Source: Candidatus Uhrbacteria bacterium RIFOXYB2_FULL_45_11 | Lineage (GTDB): Bacteria; Patescibacteriota; Patescibacteriia; UBA9934; GWF2-40-263 | Assembly: GCA_001791715.1 (NCBI GenBank) | Contig: MGFD01000030.1 | Span: forward strand, 9,246-41,609 | Reading direction: 5' to 3' | Length of the DNA: 32,364 nucleotides | Shown here: one piece after another, positions 11,212 through 19,258 of the stretch | Layout of the letters: each line of letters begins with the position of its first letter | Numbering within the stretch: position 1 is the stretch's first letter | Position numbers and translations under genes: made by a program | Notes under the pieces: model-generated | Databases searched by the model: none | Told to the model about the DNA's origin: nothing | Seen by the model: the letters and a program-made list of their open reading frames with translations, nothing else

Positions 11212-13371
11212 ATGTCTTCATCTATGTCTCTTCGACTCACAACGCCTGTTTCTGGACTTCCGGGAATAGGGGATAAAGCTGCGACCGATCTTGCCTCGAT
11301 TCATGTGAAAACCGTTCGGGATCTTTTGTGGTATGTGCCGTTTCGTTACGATGACTTTTCGAAGCGTGTACCGATTGCGAAGGCTCCAATCGATACTCCT
11401 GTGACGATTGATGCACGCATTAAGTCGATTGGGCTTCGTCCTTCAAGATCAAGTCGTGTGAAGATTGTGGATGCGGTGATTGAAGATGAGACGGGAGAGT
11501 TGAAAGTGATATGGTTCAATCAACTGTATTTGTTAAAGACGATGCTGGTTGGATCGAAACATTCCTTTGCAGGTTTGATCGACCATCGATTTGGAAAAAC
11601 GTTTTCGAATCCGATCCATGAACCTGTTGGACAGAATGTGAATACTGGTCGCATTGTTCCGGTGTATGGATTGACGGGCGGAATCACGATGCGCAAACTG
11701 CGTGACGCGATCAAACGCTCGCTTACGATTGTCGACACACTTCCAGATTGGTTGCCGAGCGAGATTGTCGCATCAAAAGAATTGCCAGCATTGTCAGCGG
11801 CACTTTCGAGCGTACACTTTCCAGAATCACACGAAGCCTTGCAGCGCGGAATAGATCGTCTCAAGTTCGACGAATTATTTTTGCATCAGATGTTGTTCGA
11901 AGAAGTACGCCGCGATCGCAAGACCAAGAATGCGACCGCGATCCCAATCGATGAGGCATCGATTAAAACGTTTGTTGCAACACTTCCGTTTACGCTTACG
12001 CGCGCGCAAAAAGTGGCGGCCTGGGAAATTGTTCAAGATCTCGCGAAGGATGTTCCGATGAATCGTTTGCTCGAGGGTGATGTTGGATCTGGAAAAACGG
12101 TCGTCGCCGCGATCGCCGCACACGCTGCGATGGAACCCCCTCTCCCTTTGGGGGAGAGGGATGGGGAGAGGGGTGTTTCGGTTGTGTACCTTGCGCCAAC
12201 GGAAATTCTCGCAACACAACAACACAAAGCGTTTTGTAAAATGATGCCTTCTCGAAACATTGCACTCCTCACACATAATCAAATTTTTTATAATGCGGAG
12301 AAAGTTAAACGCGCAGAGTTGATCGAGAAAATCTCGAGCGGCGCGGTCGACTGTTTGATCGGAACACATGCGGTTTTACAAGAGGGAATTGATGTTTCAA
12401 ATGCGTCGCTTGTGATTATCGACGAGCAACACAGATTCGGTGTTGCGCAACGTCATGCGCTTTTGCATCGTAACCCCTCTCCCCAACCCTCCCCCTCGCA
12501 GGGGAGGGAGTACGCGCCGCATTTACTTTCGATGACCGCAACGCCAATCCCTCGCTCGCTTGCGCTCACGATTTACGGTGACCTCGAACTTTCCATTCTC
12601 GACGAGCTTCCAAAAGGCCGCAAGCCCATCGGAACCGCAATGGTGCCGGTCGAGCAACGCGTTGGTATGTGGAAACATGTTCGGTCCGAGATTGAAAGCG
12701 GAAGACAAGCATTCGTGATTTGTCCGCTCATCGATCCATCCGATTCGCTTGGAAGCAAATCTGTGACAGAAGTTGAGAAAATGCTCACAGCCCTCTCTCC
12801 TCATCGAGGAGAGAGCGGGGAGAGAGGTGTTCTGAACGGTTTACGTGTCACAACGCTTCATGGAAAGTTGAAGTCGGACGAGAAACAAAAACGCAATGAG
12901 GATTTTCGTGACGGAAAGATCGACGTGCTTGTTTCCACAACTGTGGTCGAAGTCGGTGTCGACGTGCCGAATGCGACCGTCATGGTCATCATGAGCGCCG
13001 AGCGATTCGGCCTTGCACAGCTTCACCAGCTGCGAGGACGTGTCGGACGATCTGATCTGCAATCGTATTGCTACTTGTTGCCCGACGATTTGAATCCACA
13101 TTCGAACAATCGTTTGCAAGCCGTGGTCGAGTCGCAGAACGGATTTGAGCTTGCCGAGCGCGATCTTGAATTGCGCGGCGCCGGAAACGTCTTTGGGAAC
13201 GCCCAGTCCGGATTCCCAGACTTCCAGTTCGCAACGTCTGCGGACGTTCCGCTCATGAAACAAGCGCGCGATTGGTCGCAAAAACTTCTTCTCGAAAAAG
13301 ATTTCTTTGAGAAACATCCACTCGTGCGTGCGCGGATCGAAGAAGCACTCGAACAGATTCATTTGGAATAA
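11212..13371 (+). CDS. recG: ATP-dependent DNA helicase RecG
   Basis: GDVGSGKTVVA, DEQHRFGV, MTATPIPRSLA, TTVVEVGVDVPNAT and QLRGRVGR motifs. ATG 11212 was preferred over TTG 11188. Confidence 0.9.
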   Translation: MSSSMSLRLTTPVSGLPGIGDKAATDLASIHVKTVRDLLWYVPFRYDDFSKRVPIAKAPIDTPVTIDARIKSIGLRPSRSSRVKIVDAVIEDETGELKVIWFNQLYLLKTMLVGSKHSFAGLIDHRFGKTFSNPIHEPVGQNVNTGRIVPVYGLTGGITMRKLRDAIKRSLTIVDTLPDWLPSEIVASKELPALSAALSSVHFPESHEALQRGIDRLKFDELFLHQMLFEEVRRDRKTKNATAIPIDEASIKTFVATLPFTLTRAQKVAAWEIVQDLAKDVPMNRLLEGDVGSGKTVVAAIAAHAAMEPPLPLGERDGERGVSVVYLAPTEILATQQHKAFCKMMPSRNIALLTHNQIFYNAEKVKRAELIEKISSGAVDCLIGTHAVLQEGIDVSNASLVIIDEQHRFGVAQRHALLHRNPSPQPSPSQGREYAPHLLSMTATPIPRSLALTIYGDLELSILDELPKGRKPIGTAMVPVEQRVGMWKHVRSEIESGRQAFVICPLIDPSDSLGSKSVTEVEKMLTALSPHRGESGERGVLNGLRVTTLHGKLKSDEKQKRNEDFRDGKIDVLVSTTVVEVGVDVPNATVMVIMSAERFGLAQLHQLRGRVGRSDLQSYCYLLPDDLNPHSNNRLQAVVESQNGFELAERDLELRGAGNVFGNAQSGFPDFQFATSADVPLMKQARDWSQKLLLEKDFFEKHPLVRARIEEALEQIHLE
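12136..12175 (+). repeat. in-frame palindromic mini-element A within recG
   Basis: CCCCCTCTCCC-TTTGG-GGGAGAGGG-AT-GGGGAGAGGGGTG, translated as PPLPLGERDGERGV. Confidence 0.8.
12474..12510 (-). repeat. in-frame palindromic mini-element B within recG (reverse orientation)
   Basis: The reverse complement reads CTCCCTCCCC-TGCGAG-GGGGAGGG-TT-GGGGAGAGGGG. In the recG frame it is translated as NPSPQPSPSQGRE. Confidence 0.75.
12791..12829 (+). repeat. in-frame palindromic mini-element C within recG
   Basis: CCCTCTCTCCTC-ATC-GAGGAGAGAG-C-GGGGAGAGAGGTG, translated as SPHRGESGERGV. Confidence 0.8.
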
Positions 13372-13377
13372 ACATAA

Positions 13378-13410
13378 AACCACCCTTCGACAAGCTCAGG
13401 GTGGTTTTTT
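13378..13410. terminator. terminator hairpin between convergent recG and the 13415 gene
   Basis: aaccaccct-tcgacaagctc-agggtggtt followed by T-run. Confidence 0.7.
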
Positions 13411-13414
13411 GTGG

Positions 13415-14275
13415 TCATTCAACCGAGGTTGTGATCAGATTAGCCAGTTGTTTTCTGAGTTGTTCAAAGGATGTTGCGGTAAGAAAAACGGAAACAAGGG
13501 TCTCTGTTGGTTCGAATGCGATCTCTTTGAGTGTGAGAAGTTGTTTGCGAACATCGCGCCATGTTTCAACAGCTTTTTGTAAATCGGGATTCTTCGTTGA
13601 TTTCAGACCGTCTATGCTCATGTGCATCGGAATCAAATGCGCTGTTTTTGTTTCGATTTTTCCTTCATTTGCATAGGCGGCGAGTTCATCCATGACGTCG
13701 TGAAAAAATTGTGCTGTTTCAAGATCTGTATATTCAAACGCATCGCGATTTGATTCTGGGGAAGGAAGATACGTTTGATTCAGGAAATGCACATACTCAT
13801 GCAACACCGTTTTTTCCATGGATTCTGCTGGTTGTGAATATGTGATGATAATGCGGTTGAATAATCGCACATCTTTGTGTTTGGGTCGAAAATGATACAG
13901 ACCTGTGATTGTTTCATCTTGTTTGAATCCAAATGTTTGATCAAAGGTCGATTTTGAATCCAATTCAACGATTATACATCCATGAAACACGGTTCGTTTT
14001 GCAATGGTTGTTTCTGGTGATGGAATATTTAAATATTCAAGACCAAACTGTTGGATAAATTCCGACGCAGTTGTGCGTCCAGATTGTTTCAAAAGATGTT
14101 CGTGGTCGATTTGTATTTCTTTTGAAAGGGGCTGTTGTGTCTTTTTGTCACGATGTGTTGTTTGTGAAATTTGATCAATCATCAAGATGATGTGCGCATC
14201 AAGATGATGAAATGGATTTGATTCTTTCGGTTCTTGTTTTACATCCAAGATGTTTGCTCGAGATTCTGTAAACAT
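13415..14275 (-). CDS. hypothetical protein with an HExxH motif
   Basis: 286 aa containing KTVLHEYVHFLNQ. Its start lies 1 nt after the radA stop, so the two are likely co-transcribed. Confidence 0.6.
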   Translation of the reverse strand: MFTESRANILDVKQEPKESNPFHHLDAHIILMIDQISQTTHRDKKTQQPLSKEIQIDHEHLLKQSGRTTASEFIQQFGLEYLNIPSPETTIAKRTVFHGCIIVELDSKSTFDQTFGFKQDETITGLYHFRPKHKDVRLFNRIIITYSQPAESMEKTVLHEYVHFLNQTYLPSPESNRDAFEYTDLETAQFFHDVMDELAAYANEGKIETKTAHLIPMHMSIDGLKSTKNPDLQKAVETWRDVRKQLLTLKEIAFEPTETLVSVFLTATSFEQLRKQLANLITTSVE

Positions 14276-14276
14276 A

Positions 14277-15569
14277 TCAATAAGAGGAAAGCTCTTTAAC
14301 GCTCTTCATGGTCTTTGGTGTCACGGATTTCTCAATCCCAACACGCTTTGCCTCCGTCACGCGTTTTTCAACCGCCATCACGTTTCGAATCTCGCCACCG
14401 AGTCCGACTTCGCCGATGTAGACGATCGGCTCACTATCGATGCGATTCTTTGCTGCGCTCATAATCGCCGCGCACACCGCGAGATCAGACGCAGGCTCTT
14501 TTAGTTGCATGCCTCCGACGACGTTCACATACACATCCGATTCGCCAAGATGTAATCCGGCACGCTTCGAGAGGATCGCAATTAACATCTGCAATCGATT
14601 TTGATCCATGCCGTTCGCTCTTCGAACCGGCGTTCCATAAAAGGATTTCTCGACGAGCGCTTGAACTTCTACAAGAAAAATTCTCGAACCTTCGCGCACG
14701 GTCGCAATGACAGACCCAGGAACACTCACGCGTTCCGCAAGAAATCTTGCACTCGGATTCTCGACGGCCTTTAGTCCCTCGCTTGTCATCTCAAATACAC
14801 CAATTTCATCCGTCGCACCAAAACGATTTTTTGTTGCTTCGAGAATACGCAATTCATGTGAAGGTTCACCTGTAAGCGAGAGAACAGTGTCGACAAGGTG
14901 TTCGAGTGTCTTTGGTCCTGCGACGGATCCATCTTTTGTCACTTGGCCGACGAGGAGAAGGGAAATGCCTGTGCGCTTTGCGAGTTCAAGGAGGCAGGAC
15001 GTTGCGTATCGTACGAGCGTGGGCGATCCACTTTGTGCTTCGACGGCGTTTGAAAACATTGTTTGTACAGAATCCACAATCGCGAGTGTGGGCTTTTCTT
15101 TTTCGAGGGTTGCAACCAGTTCTTCAACGGAAACCATCTCAAGAAACTTGATGCGCGAGAGATCTGCGTTTAATCGATCGAAGCGAGACTTGAGCTGCAT
15201 TGCGGATTCCTCACCCGAAACATACAAAACATCATGCTTCGTTGAAGCGATCTTTGCCGCCATGCCTGCAACGAGCGTGGACTTTCCGATTCCAGGCTCG
15301 CCCGAAAGCAATGTGAGCGACCCCGTTACGATCCCTCCACCAAGGACGCGATCAAGTTCATGTTCACCGATGGAGAGGCGTACATGTTCGTCTTGTGCTT
15401 TGATATCTTTAAGCGATGTTGTTTCTTTTGGTTTTGCTTTTGATCCGCTTGCGCGTGTGGCAGGGGAGGGGTGTTCCGTTTCTTCTTTGATCGTGCCCCA
15501 ATGATCGCACGTCAAACATTTACCAGACCATTTCAGTGATTGTGCATCGCAGTGGGTACAATGGAACAT
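14277..15569 (-). CDS. radA: DNA repair protein RadA/Sms
   Basis: N-terminal CxxC..CxxC zinc finger (CTHCDAQSLKWSGKCLTCDHW), GEPGIGKST Walker A, KNRFG motif and a Lon-like C-terminal domain. Confidence 0.95.
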   Translation of the reverse strand: MFHCTHCDAQSLKWSGKCLTCDHWGTIKEETEHPSPATRASGSKAKPKETTSLKDIKAQDEHVRLSIGEHELDRVLGGGIVTGSLTLLSGEPGIGKSTLVAGMAAKIASTKHDVLYVSGEESAMQLKSRFDRLNADLSRIKFLEMVSVEELVATLEKEKPTLAIVDSVQTMFSNAVEAQSGSPTLVRYATSCLLELAKRTGISLLLVGQVTKDGSVAGPKTLEHLVDTVLSLTGEPSHELRILEATKNRFGATDEIGVFEMTSEGLKAVENPSARFLAERVSVPGSVIATVREGSRIFLVEVQALVEKSFYGTPVRRANGMDQNRLQMLIAILSKRAGLHLGESDVYVNVVGGMQLKEPASDLAVCAAIMSAAKNRIDSEPIVYIGEVGLGGEIRNVMAVEKRVTEAKRVGIEKSVTPKTMKSVKELSSY

Positions 15570-15592
15570 ACATTAAGGTTTTGGATTCAGTG

Positions 15593-17101
15593 CTAGTCAC
15601 CAATTGGTCTGCTTATTTGAACAACGATATCTTGTGCACCAAATTTTGTTGTACTCATGTGAACAAAATGGCGTCCGTCAGCACTTTCGATATTCGCAAC
15701 ACGATTTGTTTTATCCTGCCACCCAAGAAACATTGCGGAGTGAGCTGCACCCACAGATGGATTCCAGTTCACGATCACGTAATAATCACCTGGCTGCAAG
15801 TCGTCTACCCAAGACGGTGACCAGTTTTTTCCACCTGTTGCAGTTTGAAGTAATTGCGTTAGTCGTTGGGCGGCTTCTTGTTTTGTTTTGTAACACGGTT
15901 CTTTCCATTTTCCATTACCAAATGGTGCTGCTGGGCAAAAGATTCCTTTCGTAGCATCAGCAATTGTTAATCCATCAATTGTTTTTAAGCTGAGTGCGTT
16001 GTGTAATATTTTTCTTCCGTTACCGTATCCAAGTGAATTACATTCTTTTGTGACATCCTTGTTTATTAGACAGCGCTCAGCTTCAGGAGATGATCCGGGT
16101 TTTGATGCAAGAGCATATATAGCATGAGTCGCTGCTCCACAGTTTGCATATTGAATTTTACATAGTGAAGCGGCCTCTACAGCCTGAAGCACTCGCTCGA
16201 CTCTTGTGGATCCTGTCAGCAGACTTCTAATTTTTTCATGAAATTCAAGACGTCTAGGAAGATTGTGTGCGACATATTTGATCGGTTTTGTATTTTTTGG
16301 TGGATTGACGTACTCGTTATCATGTGTCAATTGGACTGGGCATTTACCGTCTTTAAAATACTTATAATCAAAAGGACCGGCTTCGTATTGATCTGGAGAC
16401 AAAGTCTCTGGACTAAAATTATATTCCACCTCCTGCACGTTTTGTAGCTCAATCATTTTTTGTAAGACTAACTGTGGATTTGTTGTTTTTAAAACAAGAA
16501 AGACACAGAGCAAAAGAACGAGTCCCGTCACTCCGTTTTTTATACGATCTTTACCTTTTTCAACTTGTGCCGAACTTGCTGCACCGATAGTATATTGTAA
16601 ACCGCCAACCATAATCATAACGATTGCAATGATCGTCGCCGTGCCAATAAGAAAAGCGTAAATTGCATTTAAATAGTCCGCAACAAAACTTGTTTTTATC
16701 GTTGTTGCTGTGATGATTGGATCAGAAAATTTTAGTCCCGGAATTTCTACGTTGAGTATTGGGGTAATGAGAGCTTTAGGGGCCGCCTTGGTTGGACTGG
16801 GTGCTGTGGATGTAGCTGTTTTGGTTGCAATAAACTTCTCGTGTGTTTGTCTACATTGTTGAAACACAATTTCTCCCTCAATATCTTCTGCAAATTTGGA
16901 AGAAGCAAAATTATCTGTAAGGTTTTTTTTGCATGCGGCGGTACAGGCAGCTTCCGTTTCGTCTTTTATGGAAAGAGGTGCTGCCTGACAATCGTTTTCG
17001 GTTGTTGTGCAAACACAGGTTCCGGCAAAGGCAACATGGATCGGCATGCATGTGCCGAGCATGAGAAAAAATGCGAAGAAGAGTTTCCAAAGAGATGTCA
17101 T
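15593..17101 (-). CDS. exported protein: Cys-rich N-terminal domain, T4SS-pilin-like two-TM module and a papain-fold (NlpC/P60- or CHAP-like) C-terminal domain
   Basis: Signal peptide; GTCVCTT..DC..C...C pattern; TPILNVEIPGLKFS; IVMIMVGGLQYTIGA...; NPQLVLQKMIELQNVQEVE. C-terminus has NCGAATHAIY and LQPGDYYVIV..AAHSAMFLGW. The first ~230 aa are paralogous to the 17111..18505 protein. Confidence 0.7.
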   Translation of the reverse strand: MTSLWKLFFAFFLMLGTCMPIHVAFAGTCVCTTTENDCQAAPLSIKDETEAACTAACKKNLTDNFASSKFAEDIEGEIVFQQCRQTHEKFIATKTATSTAPSPTKAAPKALITPILNVEIPGLKFSDPIITATTIKTSFVADYLNAIYAFLIGTATIIAIVMIMVGGLQYTIGAASSAQVEKGKDRIKNGVTGLVLLLCVFLVLKTTNPQLVLQKMIELQNVQEVEYNFSPETLSPDQYEAGPFDYKYFKDGKCPVQLTHDNEYVNPPKNTKPIKYVAHNLPRRLEFHEKIRSLLTGSTRVERVLQAVEAASLCKIQYANCGAATHAIYALASKPGSSPEAERCLINKDVTKECNSLGYGNGRKILHNALSLKTIDGLTIADATKGIFCPAAPFGNGKWKEPCYKTKQEAAQRLTQLLQTATGGKNWSPSWVDDLQPGDYYVIVNWNPSVGAAHSAMFLGWQDKTNRVANIESADGRHFVHMSTTKFGAQDIVVQISRPIGD

Positions 17102-17110
17102 AGTGGGGTA

Positions 17111-18505
17111 TTAGCAGTGTGCGGGAAACGGACAATTTGGATAACTGCATCGACAATAGGTGTCTGCTTTACTTTTTAGCTCAAAGTGCCAGATTTCTTC
17201 TGCGTATCTTACAAAGCCGGCTTGTGTCATGATTTGCGACAAGAGTTGCGCACCATCTTTGTATTTTTGGTTTTGTTGATTGGTGGTGTTAAAGGATGGA
17301 TCTGTAAGAGCCGTACTTCCTTTTTTCAACATGATGTCGATTGCAATACCGCTTCCGTGATTGGATCCACCTGGATAGGCGATTGCTGTTCCGATGCCGG
17401 CGATCTTTTTTTCATCTCCAGTTGCAATGACATCGCAAACCATTTCAATTTGTCGCTTGAGTGGACGATAGGCTGAAATAAGATGAATGGTATAAGCGCT
17501 ATCCATGGACTGTGCAATTTCTCCTGCTTTTTTTAACGCATCTTGCACTTCTTTTGTCACTTGTCCTTTTGGTCCGCTTCCACCTTCATTTACAAAACCG
17601 GGTGCATTTGGTGCTTTTGAAACAAGATTCGGATCGATTGTTTTTGGATTGCTTGATGGCCATGTGTTTTTATCCGTCGCACAAAGTGTTTTACATGCTT
17701 CGGGGTTGCCGCAAACACGTATAGAGCTTGCACTTATTCCACTTGAAGCCATTTGTTCGTCCGACACAACATCTCCTTTGTGTTCTGGAACTTCGACCGT
17801 TTGTACATTTTGAAGTTCAATCGTTTTCATGAGGGTGAGTTGTGGATTGGATGTATACAAAATAAGATAAACCCCAAGAAGCAGGACAAGCCCTGTGAGG
17901 GCGTTTGTGATGCGTGTTTTTCCTTTAGAAACATCCCCGCCACTTGCGGCCATCACATATTGCAATCCTCCAACCATCACCATGACGATTGCGATGGTGA
18001 TGGAGGCGAAAATGAGGAATTTATAGACAGCCGATAGGTAATCAGCGAGGAAGGATGACTTTACAGATGTGGTCGTTGCGATGGCTTTTGAAAAGGAGAG
18101 ACCTGGAATGGGAACGTTGAGGATTGGGGTCGTGGTGGCAGAAGGAGTTTTTGAAGCGGAGGTGTCTGAGCTTGAATCGGTTTTTGATGCAAGAAATGCA
18201 TTATGTTTTTTTTGACAGGAGGATGCAAGAATTTCACCTTCCGTACCATCTGCAAATTCACTTGATGCGAAACTTTTTCCGACGTCTTTTACACAAACTT
18301 CTTTACAACTGTTTGTAGATTGTTGTGAGACAGAAAGAGAAACCGCGCGACAATCTGTGTCTTTTGTTGTGCACACGCATGTTCCGTCTGCAAACGCAAA
18401 CGAGGATGGAAGTGAAAAACCCATCAAGACAAAAAAGAAGATGAGATGTTTTGTGAAACGAAAAATAGAAGCAAGATTATTTTTGTGCAGCAAGTTCGTC
18501 TGCAA
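17111..18505 (-). CDS. exported protein: the same Cys-rich and T4SS-pilin-like module fused to a VanY/M15B-type D-Ala-D-Ala carboxypeptidase domain
   Basis: DGTCVCTT..DC; TPILNVPIPGLSFS; IVMVMVGGLQYVMAA; NPQLTLMKTIELQNVQTVE. C-terminus has SAYRPLKRQ, GGSNHGSGIAIDI and EEIWHFE. The start is uncertain (TTG 18505 or 18493) and overlaps the dsbA-like stop. Confidence 0.75.
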   Translation of the reverse strand: MQTNLLHKNNLASIFRFTKHLIFFFVLMGFSLPSSFAFADGTCVCTTKDTDCRAVSLSVSQQSTNSCKEVCVKDVGKSFASSEFADGTEGEILASSCQKKHNAFLASKTDSSSDTSASKTPSATTTPILNVPIPGLSFSKAIATTTSVKSSFLADYLSAVYKFLIFASITIAIVMVMVGGLQYVMAASGGDVSKGKTRITNALTGLVLLLGVYLILYTSNPQLTLMKTIELQNVQTVEVPEHKGDVVSDEQMASSGISASSIRVCGNPEACKTLCATDKNTWPSSNPKTIDPNLVSKAPNAPGFVNEGGSGPKGQVTKEVQDALKKAGEIAQSMDSAYTIHLISAYRPLKRQIEMVCDVIATGDEKKIAGIGTAIAYPGGSNHGSGIAIDIMLKKGSTALTDPSFNTTNQQNQKYKDGAQLLSQIMTQAGFVRYAEEIWHFELKSKADTYCRCSYPNCPFPAHC

Positions 18506-19133
18506 TCGCTTTTGTTAAATCATTCGCAGAAGGTACGCCCACAATGGATGTGCTGTTGATAAAAAGCGTTGGGGTTGCGAGGATTCCCAAATTCAGAGCC
18601 TCCTGAAGATTTTTTTGCACAATGGGTAATGTATCTTTTGAAGAAAGACATTTTGAGAACGTTGTTTCATTTAATCCAAGTTCTGTGCCAATTTGTGTAA
18701 ATTGTGTTTCGGATAAGTATGTTTGTCGATCAAACAAGGCAGATGCATATTCCCAAAATTTTCCTTGGCGCGCGGCACAGTGTGCGGCAACGGATGCGCT
18801 TGTTGCGTTTGGGTGTGCGGAATCGTTTGGCATGTCTTTCCAAACAAAACGTACATCATTTGGAAACGTCATGAGAGCGACATCGATAATCGGGTTGAGT
18901 TGTTTACAGGCCGCACACTCAAAATCGGAATAGACAACAAGAGTGACTTTTGCCTTTGGAGCTCCGCGTATCGGATCAACAAACGTGACGCTTGGGGTTT
19001 TTAGTGTGGCAGAATTTGTGTTCGTTATTTTTGGTTTTGGAAGCGGAATGGGTTGTGTGCGAATGAAAAAAAACACAAAAACCATGACGGTTAAAAAGCC
19101 AATCACGAGATATGCAAGGAGACGATCGCGCAT
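18477..19133 (-). CDS. DsbA-family thiol:disulfide oxidoreductase, membrane-anchored
   Basis: From ATG 19133: MRDRLLAYLVIGFLTVMVFVFFF (TM segment), FECAACKQ (CxxC) and a thioredoxin-fold remainder. The upstream 27 codons in the ORF track read through element H2. Confidence 0.8.
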   Translation of the reverse strand: MRDRLLAYLVIGFLTVMVFVFFFIRTQPIPLPKPKITNTNSATLKTPSVTFVDPIRGAPKAKVTLVVYSDFECAACKQLNPIIDVALMTFPNDVRFVWKDMPNDSAHPNATSASVAAHCAARQGKFWEYASALFDRQTYLSETQFTQIGTELGLNETTFSKCLSSKDTLPIVQKNLQEALNLGILATPTLFINSTSIVGVPSANDLTKAIADELAAQK

Positions 19134-19255
19134 AGGAATGTTTGAGGTACAGATTACAGATAAGACATACAGATATACAGATGGGAAAAAAGCAGACGTG
19201 CTCTCCGCCTTCATTTGTATATCTGTATGCCGCCATTTGTAATCTGTACCTCAAA
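19134..19255 (-). repeat. intercistronic element H2: TACAGAT-type heptamer arrays forming a long inverted repeat, abutting the dsbA-like ATG
   Basis: Arms at 19141-19184 and 19212-19255. An outer 18-bp and an inner 13-bp perfect helix are separated by an internal loop. Junction on the mRNA strand: CATTCCT-ATG. Confidence 0.8.
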
Positions 19256-19258
19256 TGT

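Noticed and set aside
14707-15504. 265-aa ORF antisense to radA
   Set aside because: It lies entirely within the well-supported radA gene on the opposite strand, and its Ser/Arg/Pro-rich translation has no motifs.
15581-15600. CIRCE-like half-site (CTAGCACTG) near the radA start, and CtsR-like heptad repeats in the H elements
   Set aside because: Only one imperfect CIRCE half is present. The heptamers (GTAGARA, TACAGAT) do not match the GGTCAAA CtsR operator consensus.
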